The notes beneath the pieces are model-generated. The model saw only the letters and a list, made by a program, of their open reading frames with translations. It was not told the origin of the DNA and did not search any database. A stretch of DNA of 64,000 bases, taken from assembly GCA_040772485.1 (NCBI GenBank), contig JAXGYC010000007.1:544001-608000 (forward strand), read 5' to 3'. The first letter of the stretch is position 1. Each line of letters starts with the position of its first letter. A program made the position numbers and the translations under genes. Below are positions 29,554 through 39,063 of this stretch, piece by piece. The DNA is from Sedimentisphaerales bacterium. Lineage in GTDB: Bacteria; Planctomycetota; Phycisphaerae; Sedimentisphaerales; Anaerobacaceae.

Positions 29554-30354
29554 ATGGGTAAAACGCAGATCATCTTGTTCGGCCTCATCCTGGGGACTGC
29601 GGGCTGCGGCACGTTGCCGGACGGGAGCCGCTGGGGCCAGGACGCCTTCACCTGCTTCGACTCGAACCGGATCGCCAAGGCGGCCCGAGATGCCTTGCTC
29701 AGTCCCCACACGCTCATCCCGCTGGCCGGGGCGGCGGCGTTTGCCATCGACGACTTCGACGAGAGAGCCTCCGACTGGGCGACGAAACACACCCCCATCT
29801 TCGGCTCGGAAGAAGACGCCCGCGAGGCCAGCAACGATCTCAAGACCATCCTGGGCGTCGAGACCCTGGCAACGGCTCTGGCCGCCCCCAGCGGCGACGA
29901 GGCCGGACCGTGGGCATACGCCAAGCTCAAGGGATTGGCCGTCGAGGGCGGCGCGATCGGGCTGACACAGAGTCTGACCGGCGCGCTGAAGAGCGCAATC
30001 AGCCGGGACCGCCCGAACCAGGAAAACGACAACAGCTTCCCCTCAGGCCACAGCTCCTCCGCCTTCGCCTACGCCACGCTATCGAACCGAAATCTGGATT
30101 CCATCGACCTGCCAGCGGGCGTTCGACCGGTCCTACAGACCGGCAACGCGATCCTTGCCGGTGGCGTTGCGTGGGCGCGCGTCGAAGGACGCAAGCATTA
30201 TCCTTCGGACATCCTGTTCGGAGCGGCACTCGGACACTTCGTGACGGCCTTCATCCACGATGCCTTTCTGAACCTTCGCGACCCCGAGCGGGCCAGCCTG
30301 ACGACCTTCCCCGTCGAGGCGGGAGCCGGAATCCAGTTGGCCATCCGTTTCTGA
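29554..30354 (+). CDS. PAP2-family phosphatase, probable lipoprotein
   Basis: GGAGGAGG RBS, TAGC lipobox, K.....R.RP, SFPSGH, R....HY.SD. Confidence 0.9.
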   Translation: MGKTQIILFGLILGTAGCGTLPDGSRWGQDAFTCFDSNRIAKAARDALLSPHTLIPLAGAAAFAIDDFDERASDWATKHTPIFGSEEDAREASNDLKTILGVETLATALAAPSGDEAGPWAYAKLKGLAVEGGAIGLTQSLTGALKSAISRDRPNQENDNSFPSGHSSSAFAYATLSNRNLDSIDLPAGVRPVLQTGNAILAGGVAWARVEGRKHYPSDILFGAALGHFVTAFIHDAFLNLRDPERASLTTFPVEAGAGIQLAIRF

Positions 30355-30409
30355 TCGGACCGGCTCAGTTGCGTCTTTGGTCCTCGCTTCCGATCCGGTA
30401 TACTGACAG

Positions 30410-30460
30410 GCGGCAGCCTTGAGTGGGGCGAATGATGGTTCGCCCCTACAAGGCTGCCAC
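30410..30460. repeat. Composite hairpin: family A REP inside GGCAGCCTTG...CAAGGCTGCC arms
   Basis: The nested inverted repeats can be read directly. Confidence 0.75.
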
Positions 30461-30486
30461 CCAACCAACAAGGGAAAGGAGAGCCG

Positions 30487-31800
30487 ATGGAGACGCAAGG
30501 CAGACCACGAGCAAGCCGGATTTCGCGCCGGCAGTTCCTCCGCAGCTCGGTAACCGCTGCATCGGTGACCGCGCTGGCCGGGGCATTGCAGGCCCGAGCG
30601 TACGCCGGCGGGACGGGGGCCATGCGGATCGGCCTGATCGGATGCGGCGGGCGCGGCACCGGCGCCGCAGTCCAGGCGCTCAACGCCTGCCCGCGCGCCA
30701 GGCTCACCGCCATGGCCGACGCCTTCGAAGACCGGCTCGGCGGAAGCCTTCAAGGCATCTCGAAGGAGCATCCGGACCGCGTGGACGTGCCGGCCGAGCG
30801 CCGCTTCGTCGGCATGGATGCGTACGCGCGCGTGATGGACACGGATGTGGACCTGGTGATCCTGGCGACGCCGCCGGGCTTTCGACCGCAGCAGTTCGAC
30901 GCGGCGGTGACTGCCGGCAAACACGTGTTCATGGAAAAACCCGTCGCGGTGGACGTGCCCGGCATTCGCAAGGTGGCCGCCGCCAACGAGCGGGCGAAGG
31001 CCAGGGGCCTGGCGGTAGCGGTCGGTCTGAACATCCGCCACCAGAACAACGCACGCGAAGTGATCGGCCGCGTCCACAACGGCGCCATCGGGCAGATCAT
31101 GTTTCTGCGCGCCTACGGCAACAACGCCGGCGTGTGGGTCCATCGGCGGCAAAGCGGAGAAAGCGAGATGCAATACCAGATGCGCAACTGGTACTACTTC
31201 AACTGGCTCTGCGGCGACCTGATCGTCGAGCAGACCGTCCATGCCCTCGACCTGGTCGACTGGGCCAAGGGCGACCACCCCATCGACGCCCAGGGCATGG
31301 GCGGACGGCAAGTGCGCATCGGGCCCGACTACGGCGAAATCTACGATCACCACGCGGTCGAATACACCTACCGCGACGGAACGAAAATGTTCCTGTTCTG
31401 CCGGCACATCCCCAACTGCTGGAGCAGCTTCGGCGGCATCGCACACGGCACGAAAGGTCAGGCCGATCTCGGCAGCGGCGTGCTGACGGTGCAGGGCGAG
31501 AAGCCCGTTCGTTTTGACCCGGGCGTCGCCGGCCACCAGGCCGAGCACGATCATCTCTTTGCGGCGCTCGACGCGGGCAGGCCCTACAACGAGGGCGATT
31601 ACGGCGTCAGCAGCACAATGACCGCGATCCTCGGCCGCATGGCCACCTACTCGGGACATATCGTCACCTGGGACGACGCCATGAAATCCGAGACGGACCT
31701 CGGCCCGGACCGCTACAGTTGGGACGCGGCCCCTCCCATCCTGCCGGGACCGAATGGGCTCTACGCCTGTGCCATGCCTGGCCAGAAGGGACCTTACTGA
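30487..31800 (+). CDS. Tat-exported Gfo/Idh/MocA oxidoreductase
   Basis: SRRQFL Tat motif, GLIGCGGRG, ATPPGFR, HVFMEKP, H..D. Confidence 0.93.
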   Translation: METQGRPRASRISRRQFLRSSVTAASVTALAGALQARAYAGGTGAMRIGLIGCGGRGTGAAVQALNACPRARLTAMADAFEDRLGGSLQGISKEHPDRVDVPAERRFVGMDAYARVMDTDVDLVILATPPGFRPQQFDAAVTAGKHVFMEKPVAVDVPGIRKVAAANERAKARGLAVAVGLNIRHQNNAREVIGRVHNGAIGQIMFLRAYGNNAGVWVHRRQSGESEMQYQMRNWYYFNWLCGDLIVEQTVHALDLVDWAKGDHPIDAQGMGGRQVRIGPDYGEIYDHHAVEYTYRDGTKMFLFCRHIPNCWSSFGGIAHGTKGQADLGSGVLTVQGEKPVRFDPGVAGHQAEHDHLFAALDAGRPYNEGDYGVSSTMTAILGRMATYSGHIVTWDDAMKSETDLGPDRYSWDAAPPILPGPNGLYACAMPGQKGPY

Positions 31801-31900
31801 GCGATCCGTGGCCCCAGCACGCACGATTCGGATGGGAAGTCACCGTGTAGAATGAACACATCGAGCGAAAGTGACGAGATCATATGGGCAAAGGGAAACG

Positions 31901-34336
31901 ATGACCGAAGAGACGGACCACAGACCCGATCAGTCGGAGATCCTGCAATTCGCCTCGCTGATCGCGCACCAGCTCAAAAGCCCGATCAGCACGATCAGCA
32001 CCCTGCTGGACGTGCTGGCGACCGAAGTGGCCGGACCGCTGACGCCGAAACAGAAGGACCTCATCGCCCGCGCGAATCTGCGGTGCGAGGAAGGCGTCGC
32101 CACCGTGCGTCGGATGCTCGCGATTGTCTCGGCGCTGAGTCGACGGGAGGAGATCGGCAGCGTCGTTGACGTCGCCGGCATCGTCCGCAGCGCCCGGACG
32201 CGTTATGAGGAAAAGGCGATCGAGTACGCGCTGAGCTTCGTGGTGCAGACGGATGACGAATCGGTGTACGTCCGTGGCACAGAGCCGGCGCTGACGGAGG
32301 TGCTGGATGCCCTGATCGACAACGCCTTCAAGTACACGCCGTCGCATGGCTACGTTCGCCTGACGCTGACAACCGACGCATCGGCGCGCCTCGTGCACCT
32401 GTGCGTGGCCGATTCGGGCGTGGGCATTCCGGAGGGGATGCGCGAGAAGGTCTTCGAGCCGTTCTGCCGCACCGCAGCGGCGCGAAGCTCGACGCGAGGA
32501 GGCAGCGGGCTGGGGTTATCGTTCGTCAAGGCCGTGGTGGAGGAGCTCGGCGGAACGGTCCAGGCGGGAAAGGCCGATCTCGGCGGCGCGAGGATCGACA
32601 TCTGCCTGCCCATGGCGACGCCGAGTGAGATCGAGAGCGGCAAGGAAGCCGAGAGGTCCGACGGTGTGAAGGTGGTCATCGTTGGCGGCGTGGCCGCCGG
32701 TCCCAAAGTCGCGGCCAAAGTGATCCGGCTGATCCCGCACGCCAACGTCACCGTGGTCGAGAAGGGCCAGTTCCTGTCGTACGCCGGCTGCGGCCTGCCC
32801 TATTACATCTCGGGCCAGGTCAAGAACCATGCGGAGCTGATGAGCACGCCGATGGGAGCGCTGCGCGACGCCGTGTTCTTTCAGAGGGTCAAGAACGTCC
32901 GCATCCTCAGCCGGACGGAGGCTACTGAAATCGACCGCGCCGCCAAGAGAATCCGCATCAAGGAACTCGGCGGTCAACGGGAATCGTACCTGGAGTACGA
33001 CAAGCTCGTGCTCGCCACGGGCGCTTCGCCCATTCGGCCGTCGATCCCCGGACACGACCTCGACAACATCTTCTGTCTCCACGGCGTGCAGGACGCCGAA
33101 GGGATCAAAGCGGTCCTCTCGGGTGACCGGGCCCGCGACGTGGTGATCGTCGGCGGCGGCCTGATCGGCATGGAGACGACCGAGGCGCTGGCCCGCAGTG
33201 GATGCCGCGTGACCATCGTCGAGATGCAGCCGCAGACGCTCGGCATCCTGGACGCGGAAATGGCGCGGCTCGTCGAGCTGCACCTCGAATCCAAGGGCGT
33301 CAAAGTGCTCACGAACACGAAGGTCCTGTCGTTTGAAGGCGACGGCAAGGTGCATCGCGTCGTAACGGATCGCGGAGTGCTGCCGGCCGATCTGGTCATC
33401 ATGGGCATTGGCGTTCGTCCGAACACCGCGCTGGCGCGAGCCGCTGGACTGGAGATCGGCGAAACGGGCGGGATCAAGGTTGACGAGCACATGCGGACGT
33501 CCGATCCGGACATCTACGCGGCCGGCGACTGCGTCGAGTGCACCGACATCCTCACCGGACGTCCGGCCTATGTCCCGCTCGGGTCCACCGCCAACAAGCA
33601 GGGACGCGTCGCCGCGGTCAACCTCTGCGGAGGGGAAGATTCCTTTCCCGGCATCCTCGGCAGCACGATCTGCAAGGTGTTCGACTACTGTGTCGCCCGC
33701 ACCGGCCTGACCGAGCGAGCCGCCAAGGACCTTGGCTACACGGTCACCGTCGCGATGGCGCCGGCCCCGGACCGGGCCAACTACCTGCCCACCGCCCGCA
33801 TGCTCCTGCTCAAGCTCGTGGTCGATCGTGACACACGACGGCTTCTCGGCGCTCAGGCCGTTGGACCGGGCGCAGGGGACAAGCGGATCGACGTGGCCGC
33901 CACGGCCATCGCCGCCGGAATGACCGTCGATCAGGTGGCGGGCCTCGACCTGGGCTACGCGCCGCCCTACTCGCCGGCGATGGACAACCTGATCACCGCC
34001 GCCAATGTCGCCAGGAACAAGCTGGACGGCCATATGGTCGGCGTCTCGGCGGCGGAGGTCCACCAGATGCTCCAGGACAAGAAGGATTTCGTCTTCCTCG
34101 ACGTGCGCACGCCCGGCGAGTACGACCAGGTGCGCCTGCCCGGCGCGACATTGATCCCGCTGGCTACGCTGCGCGGACGGATCGAGGAGATTCCCAAGGG
34201 CAAACCCATCGTGACGTTCGGCCAGATCTCGCTGCGCGGATACGAAGCGGCCCTGATCCTCCGCGCCTCCGGCTTCAACGACGTCCGCGTCCTGGACGGG
34301 GGCATTGCGATGTGGCCCTACGAGAGATTGCAGTAG
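31901..34336 (+). CDS. Histidine kinase (HisKA-HATPase) fused to CoA-disulfide/persulfide reductase and rhodanese domain
   Basis: AHQLKSP, DNAFKYT, DSGVGIP, GSGLGL, then GGVAAG, SYAGCGLPY, GGGLIG.E, AAGDC, LGYAPPYS, FLDVR.P.E, LDGG in one ORF. Confidence 0.9.
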   Translation: MTEETDHRPDQSEILQFASLIAHQLKSPISTISTLLDVLATEVAGPLTPKQKDLIARANLRCEEGVATVRRMLAIVSALSRREEIGSVVDVAGIVRSARTRYEEKAIEYALSFVVQTDDESVYVRGTEPALTEVLDALIDNAFKYTPSHGYVRLTLTTDASARLVHLCVADSGVGIPEGMREKVFEPFCRTAAARSSTRGGSGLGLSFVKAVVEELGGTVQAGKADLGGARIDICLPMATPSEIESGKEAERSDGVKVVIVGGVAAGPKVAAKVIRLIPHANVTVVEKGQFLSYAGCGLPYYISGQVKNHAELMSTPMGALRDAVFFQRVKNVRILSRTEATEIDRAAKRIRIKELGGQRESYLEYDKLVLATGASPIRPSIPGHDLDNIFCLHGVQDAEGIKAVLSGDRARDVVIVGGGLIGMETTEALARSGCRVTIVEMQPQTLGILDAEMARLVELHLESKGVKVLTNTKVLSFEGDGKVHRVVTDRGVLPADLVIMGIGVRPNTALARAAGLEIGETGGIKVDEHMRTSDPDIYAAGDCVECTDILTGRPAYVPLGSTANKQGRVAAVNLCGGEDSFPGILGSTICKVFDYCVARTGLTERAAKDLGYTVTVAMAPAPDRANYLPTARMLLLKLVVDRDTRRLLGAQAVGPGAGDKRIDVAATAIAAGMTVDQVAGLDLGYAPPYSPAMDNLITAANVARNKLDGHMVGVSAAEVHQMLQDKKDFVFLDVRTPGEYDQVRLPGATLIPLATLRGRIEEIPKGKPIVTFGQISLRGYEAALILRASGFNDVRVLDGGIAMWPYERLQ

Positions 34337-34363
34337 CCAATGGCGGAAATGAGAGGCCTTTCG

Positions 34364-35566
34364 ATGCTCCGACAATGCGTGGTTCTTCTGTTGATCCTGG
34401 TCGCTAAGACGGAAGCGACAGCGGGTCAAGCCGGTGCGTCTGATTCCCTGTCCGAAGCGGTCCAGTGGCTTGAAACGGAGGCGCATCGCATCATCCGCGC
34501 CTCGATGCGCACGATGGCTGACGGCACGGCGGCGTTCCCGCCTCAGGTGGGCATCGGCTACGAGGCATTCTGGCTGCGCGACTATGAGTACACCCTGGAA
34601 GGGTCCGTCGATTCCTATTCCGACAAGGAGCTGACCGACGCCTGCCGGCTCTTCGTGCGCAGCCTGGACGCCGACGGCGCCGGCGTCGACTGCATCAAGT
34701 TCGACGGCACACCGATCTACAAGCCCGGCTTCGGTTCCATGGGCGTTCATCCCGTGGCGGACGGCTCACCGTTCACCGTGGCCGTCGCCTGGCACACCCA
34801 CCGAAAGACCAGGGATGCACAACTCCTCGCAGAGATCATCGAGCCGCTCGTCAAGACGATGAGCGCCGTCCCGCGTAATCCCGACACGGGCCTCGTCCAC
34901 ATCGCCCCGGGCGAGCCGCAGGAGCGATGCCCTTACGGCTTCACCGACACGATCCGCAAGCAGGGAGATGTGTTGTTTTGCTCGCTGCTGTACGTCCAGG
35001 CGTGCCGCCAGCTTTCCGATCTGCTGAGGGCCGCCGGACGCGATGCCGACGCCAAACACTGGAGGGCGGAAGGCGAGCGCGTGACACAGAGCGTCCGCCG
35101 GGTCTTCTGGGATGGACAGGTCGGCCTGTTCCGCGCTGCGACGGCGTGCTGCCGCGAGCACGACATCTGGGGTTCGGCCTTCGCCGTCTACCTCGCGGTC
35201 GCCGACGCCGAGCAGTCGCAGGCCGTCGCGAAGTACTTCCGCGATCACTACAACGAGATCGTCCAAGCTGGCCAGATTCGCCACCTGCCCGGCGGCGTCT
35301 ACTGGGAGAAGGCGGTCTGTGATCGCGACACGTACCAGAACGGCGCCTACTGGGCGACGCCCGCTGGATGGTTCGTCTACACGCTCGATCTGGCCGACCC
35401 GGCCCTGGCCGACCGGACGGTGATCGATCTGGTCCGCGACTTCCAGTCCGGCGGCGCCTGCGAATGGATTCTCGGCGACAGACGCCAGCTTCCGAACTAT
35501 CTGGCCAGCGCCACCCTGCCCCTGGCGGGCATCCGCCCAATGATGGAACGCCGGATCGGGCCATGA
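34364..35566 (+). CDS. Secreted six-hairpin (alpha/alpha)6 glycosidase-like protein
   Basis: Signal peptide, Y..FWLRD, YGFTD, YQNGAYW. Confidence 0.75.
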   Translation: MLRQCVVLLLILVAKTEATAGQAGASDSLSEAVQWLETEAHRIIRASMRTMADGTAAFPPQVGIGYEAFWLRDYEYTLEGSVDSYSDKELTDACRLFVRSLDADGAGVDCIKFDGTPIYKPGFGSMGVHPVADGSPFTVAVAWHTHRKTRDAQLLAEIIEPLVKTMSAVPRNPDTGLVHIAPGEPQERCPYGFTDTIRKQGDVLFCSLLYVQACRQLSDLLRAAGRDADAKHWRAEGERVTQSVRRVFWDGQVGLFRAATACCREHDIWGSAFAVYLAVADAEQSQAVAKYFRDHYNEIVQAGQIRHLPGGVYWEKAVCDRDTYQNGAYWATPAGWFVYTLDLADPALADRTVIDLVRDFQSGGACEWILGDRRQLPNYLASATLPLAGIRPMMERRIGP

Positions 35567-35628
35567 ATCCTTCCAGCCTGCACCAAACAGGAGTAGCAAG
35601 AACCGCAAACACCGATGGAGATCAAACC

Positions 35629-36354
35629 ATGAAGACCAGAGTGAAGATTCTGCTGTGCGTCGCTATGCTGATGCAATCCGTGGCCTGGGCCGAGGGCGTC
35701 GAATTGCCCCAGTTTCGTCCACTGTTCAACGGCGCCGACCTGACCGGCTGGGTCAACGTCAACACCGCTGCGGAAACCTGGAGCGTTCGTGACGGCATGA
35801 TCGTTTGTAGCGGGCACCCCATCGGCGTGATGCGCAGCGATCGGCAGTACGAGAACTTCCTCCTGCACATCGAATGGCGGCACATGGAGGCGGGTGGCAA
35901 CTCCGGCGTCTTCGTCTGGAGCGAGGGAACCGTCCCCGAAGGCCAGCAGCTTCCCAAGGGCATGGAAGTCCAGATGCTCGAGCTTGACTGGGTCAACCAG
36001 CACAAGCGGCCGGACGGCTCACTGCCGCCCATCGCGTACGTCCACGGCGAGCTGTTCGGCGCCGGGGGACTGGAGGCCACGCCCGACAACCCGCGTGGCG
36101 ACCGGAGCAAGTCCCTTGAGAACCGCTGCAAGGGCAAGGGCGAGTGGAACGTCTACGATGTCGTCTGCGTCGACGGCACGGTCAAGCTGGCGGTCAACGG
36201 CAAGTTCGTCAACAGCATCCGCAATTCTTCCGTCAGGAAAGGCTATCTCTGCCTGGAGTCCGAGGGCGCCGAGATCCACTTTCGCAACATCTGGATCCTC
36301 GAACTGCCGCCGGGCATCACCACAGCCGAAAACTCCGCTCCGGTCGTGCGGTAG
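35629..36354 (+). CDS. DUF1080 / 3-keto-disaccharide hydrolase family protein
   Basis: [42 protein letters not shown]. Confidence 0.92.
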   Translation: MKTRVKILLCVAMLMQSVAWAEGVELPQFRPLFNGADLTGWVNVNTAAETWSVRDGMIVCSGHPIGVMRSDRQYENFLLHIEWRHMEAGGNSGVFVWSEGTVPEGQQLPKGMEVQMLELDWVNQHKRPDGSLPPIAYVHGELFGAGGLEATPDNPRGDRSKSLENRCKGKGEWNVYDVVCVDGTVKLAVNGKFVNSIRNSSVRKGYLCLESEGAEIHFRNIWILELPPGITTAENSAPVVR

Positions 36355-36451
36355 CGGTTCGTAGTGTGCCCGTAAGGGCATCGGACCCATACGACCGATA
36401 GGACCTACAGGCCATTCTCTGAAGTCTTCGCGAACAGCTTATCGGCAGAGG

Positions 36452-36479
36452 GTAGGGGCGAATAATCATTCGCCCCTAC
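36452..36479. repeat. Family A REP between convergent genes
   Basis: Identical to 2453-2480. Confidence 0.85.
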
Positions 36480-36493
36480 GGGGATGCCTCGAC

Positions 36494-37408
36494 TCAAAGG
36501 TTCAAGACGATGTCGATTCCGGTAATCGCGTTTGCCTGACTGACAGGCAGCCGACGCTCCTGGGGCTTCTGCCAGCTCGTGACGTCTCCCTGCGCCGCCG
36601 CGAACTGAGCCAAGGCCCTCCAAAGACGCCGGCCGGGAATGAGTTGAGCTTCCGCAATGAGCGGGACGCGCGGCACATTCGCCGGGTCCTGGCGGAAGCC
36701 TTCGGCCTGGACGCGGATTTCGACCTGGGTCTGCAGGGCGCCGGGGGCGTCGAGACTGCCCCCGTTGAGGTAGCCGGCAACGCGGTAGAGACTCACCGGC
36801 TCGAATCCCGTCAACACGTAGAAGCCGTTGGTGCCGGAGACCGCTCCTCTCGTTTCGGGGACCCCCACCTCGGACATCGGGACGAGCGTTCCGGTCACTT
36901 TCGCTGCGACAATGGGCCGGCCGTTCGGATCGACGATCCGGCCGGAAACCGTGATGAACTCCCCGTGCAGAACCAGAGGAACCGTCTTGTCGCACTGCGT
37001 CGCCCTCGGCGCCGACTGCCTCGGTTTGCCTTCGGAGTCGATCATCACGGCGTAGATGTTGTAGTATCCGACTGGCAGGCCTGTGAACGCGTACCGACCG
37101 TGGGAATCGGTCACGGTGGTTCGTTTGGTTTCCCGGCTTGCGACCGTGACCGTCGCGCCTGACGCCGGCTGCCCTCCGAGAACCTCGCGGAAGACCTGCG
37201 TGGCCTCCTTCTGCGATTTGCAGTTGGCGAGCTTCTCGCATTTCTCGGGCGAGCAGTCCGGCGTTGCGTCCACAACCGTGCCCTTGATCGTGCCCGTCCC
37301 GCGTGGTACCTCCCGGCCCGATGTGCCGGCGACGAGCAGAAGGCTGAGTACAAACACGACGCCGGCTTCTGACATGGTGACACGATACGAACTGATATGC
37401 GATCGCAT
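36494..37408 (-). CDS. Secreted protein with two carboxypeptidase-regulatory-like (prealbumin-fold) domains
   Basis: GGGAGAG RBS, signal peptide, GTIKGTVVD, TVTDS.GRY.F.GLP.G.Y, VSGRIVD.NG.PI. Confidence 0.75.
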   Translation of the reverse strand: MRSHISSYRVTMSEAGVVFVLSLLLVAGTSGREVPRGTGTIKGTVVDATPDCSPEKCEKLANCKSQKEATQVFREVLGGQPASGATVTVASRETKRTTVTDSHGRYAFTGLPVGYYNIYAVMIDSEGKPRQSAPRATQCDKTVPLVLHGEFITVSGRIVDPNGRPIVAAKVTGTLVPMSEVGVPETRGAVSGTNGFYVLTGFEPVSLYRVAGYLNGGSLDAPGALQTQVEIRVQAEGFRQDPANVPRVPLIAEAQLIPGRRLWRALAQFAAAQGDVTSWQKPQERRLPVSQANAITGIDIVLNL

Positions 37409-37437
37409 GGCAATCTCTCCCCTGACACGTCGAGGTG

Positions 37438-37824
37438 TCAATGCAGTTCCAAGACGACTTTCATCAGGCCCGCCAGCACCCAGATCACCAGCGACGGCAC
37501 AGCCAGCGCGATCGCGGTGCACCGCAGCCAGCGACTGACGCCCAAGTACGAGCCGGCCAGCGCGAACGTCAGGATCACCGTCAGGCATCGGGCAAACAAG
37601 GCGTACTGAGGCGACCACACGCTCACCGGATGCGGATTGGGCGGCAGCGTCTGGCTCCAGGGCCCCATCAGCGGCGCCACGAACGCGTTCGAATGGCTGA
37701 TGCCTCCCGGCTGGGCCGCGAAGGACAAAAGCACGCCACAACACGCCGCCAGAAGGCACACACCGCCGTAGACGATCGAGAGAAGGAAAATGCCGCGTTT
37801 GGAAGAGACGAGCGTTTCGTCCAT
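37438..37824 (-). CDS. Small membrane protein
   Basis: About 128 aa with three hydrophobic segments. Start chosen at MDETL. Confidence 0.6.
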   Translation of the reverse strand: MDETLVSSKRGIFLLSIVYGGVCLLAACCGVLLSFAAQPGGISHSNAFVAPLMGPWSQTLPPNPHPVSVWSPQYALFARCLTVILTFALAGSYLGVSRWLRCTAIALAVPSLVIWVLAGLMKVVLELH

Positions 37825-38037
37825 GACCTGCCCTGCCTTTCTCTCGCCTGGGTCGATGGTTGTTCGACCGCCGCACTGGTTCTTCCCGCCGGAGCCGCCG
37901 CACTGTTCTCGCCCGGCGTCCGCGCGACCGAGACTATCAACACCGGGACCGGGTGTCAACCGATTCTCGCAGCGCAGGACCGCAGCGTACGTGCAGATTG
38001 CAGGGCACCGGCATTCCTGAGCCATTAGAGCGTCCTT

Positions 38038-38149
38038 GTGGCATCCTCAAGTCCGCAGGACTTGGGGATGGCCGGAAGGGTCGGCGTATCTGGATGTGCA
38101 AGGCCAAATCGTGTCCGCCATCCCCAAGGCTACGCCTTGAGGCTGCCAC
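38038..38149. repeat. Inverted pair of GTGG-type REPs (family C; REPIN-like)
   Basis: GTGGCATCCTCAAG..CTTGGGGATGG at 38038-38071 and inverted CCATCCCCAAG..CTTGAGGCTGCCAC at 38118-38149. Confidence 0.8.
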
Positions 38150-38201
38150 ACGCCTGCCAGGATGTTCTCAAACGGACAGCATGCAGATTGTCCCCAGAAG
38201 G

Positions 38202-38930
38202 CTACTTCGAATCGGAGGGATGCCATTCGTATTCAGGCTTGATCCGACGCTTCTTCATCTCCGAGTAGACCTCCATGCCGTTGGGGTCAATCTCGTCGAT
38301 GAACGTCTCATAGATGTCCAGGATCGCCTCAAACGTCCAGCGGTAGAAATGCCCCGTTGTGGTTAGCGTGACCAGCCCGTACTGGCGGAATTCACGCATG
38401 GCCTTTCGCTCGGCGGCCTCGAACGAACGGGCCTGTACAAGCAGTATCCGATCTTCATAGTCCTGCATCCCCTGGGTCAGGCCTTCATCTTGGATAACGA
38501 AGCGAGCCTTCACAGCAAACCACGCCGGTTCGCTCCTGGTCTGCCGTTTGCGCCGCTTGCCCTCGATCCGCAGGATGTTCAATCCGCCGACACAGCGAAG
38601 GTCGAGAAGCGGACGCAGTTTCCTGGCCGGCACAGTGACACGCATGGCCACGGGGTCGCCATTGAGATACTCAGTTTCAAACTGGTATTGCGACATTCTG
38701 GCAGAGAGACTCTCGTACTGACGGACGTGCCATGCGTAAACTCCGGCTCGGCGCTCTTCGGGTGACTTCGCCAGCAGCTTGCGGAAGCGCGCCGGCCCCG
38801 GGTACAAGTCGGGACACGTGGGAATGCTCAACTTGACCCGAACCGGCGTCGCCCCCAGCCGCCGGAATTCGTCTGGCGTAATCCCGTATTTCTCCAATTC
38901 AAAAACAAGCATTCTCTTCGGGTGCAACAC
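38202..38930 (-). CDS. DUF4288-domain protein with N-terminal extension
   Basis: C-terminal WFAVK..F...EDRILLV.A.SFE.A..KA...G.EVYS. GTG start with GAAGGGG RBS. Confidence 0.7.
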   Translation of the reverse strand: MLHPKRMLVFELEKYGITPDEFRRLGATPVRVKLSIPTCPDLYPGPARFRKLLAKSPEERRAGVYAWHVRQYESLSARMSQYQFETEYLNGDPVAMRVTVPARKLRPLLDLRCVGGLNILRIEGKRRKRQTRSEPAWFAVKARFVIQDEGLTQGMQDYEDRILLVQARSFEAAERKAMREFRQYGLVTLTTTGHFYRWTFEAILDIYETFIDEIDPNGMEVYSEMKKRRIKPEYEWHPSDSK

Positions 38931-39004
38931 GGTCGATTCCCCTTCTGAATTCGTTCCGCAATCCTCAATCTGGCATCTGCTGCAAAGACGGTCCCGGGAT
39001 CTTC

Positions 39005-39053
39005 CCATCCCCAAGCAGGGGTGAATCACCATTCGCCCCTACGAGGCTGCCAC
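39005..39053. repeat. Family C REP whose central loop is replaced by a family A REP
   Basis: CCATCCCCAA[GCAGGGGTGAATCACCATTCGCCCCTAC]GAGGCTGCCAC, compared with 38118-38149. Confidence 0.8.
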
Positions 39054-39063
39054 CCGGCACGGG

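Noticed and set aside
32516..34750. 744-aa minus-strand ORF (likewise 4573-6534, 30133-31824, 40962-42893, 44719-46737, 49157-51430)
   Set aside because: Antisense shadows of well-supported genes, with no recognisable motifs.
36383..36410. Degenerate 9-bp repeats (GGACCCATA CGACCGATA GGACCTAC)
   Set aside because: Only three poor copies, which could be chance.
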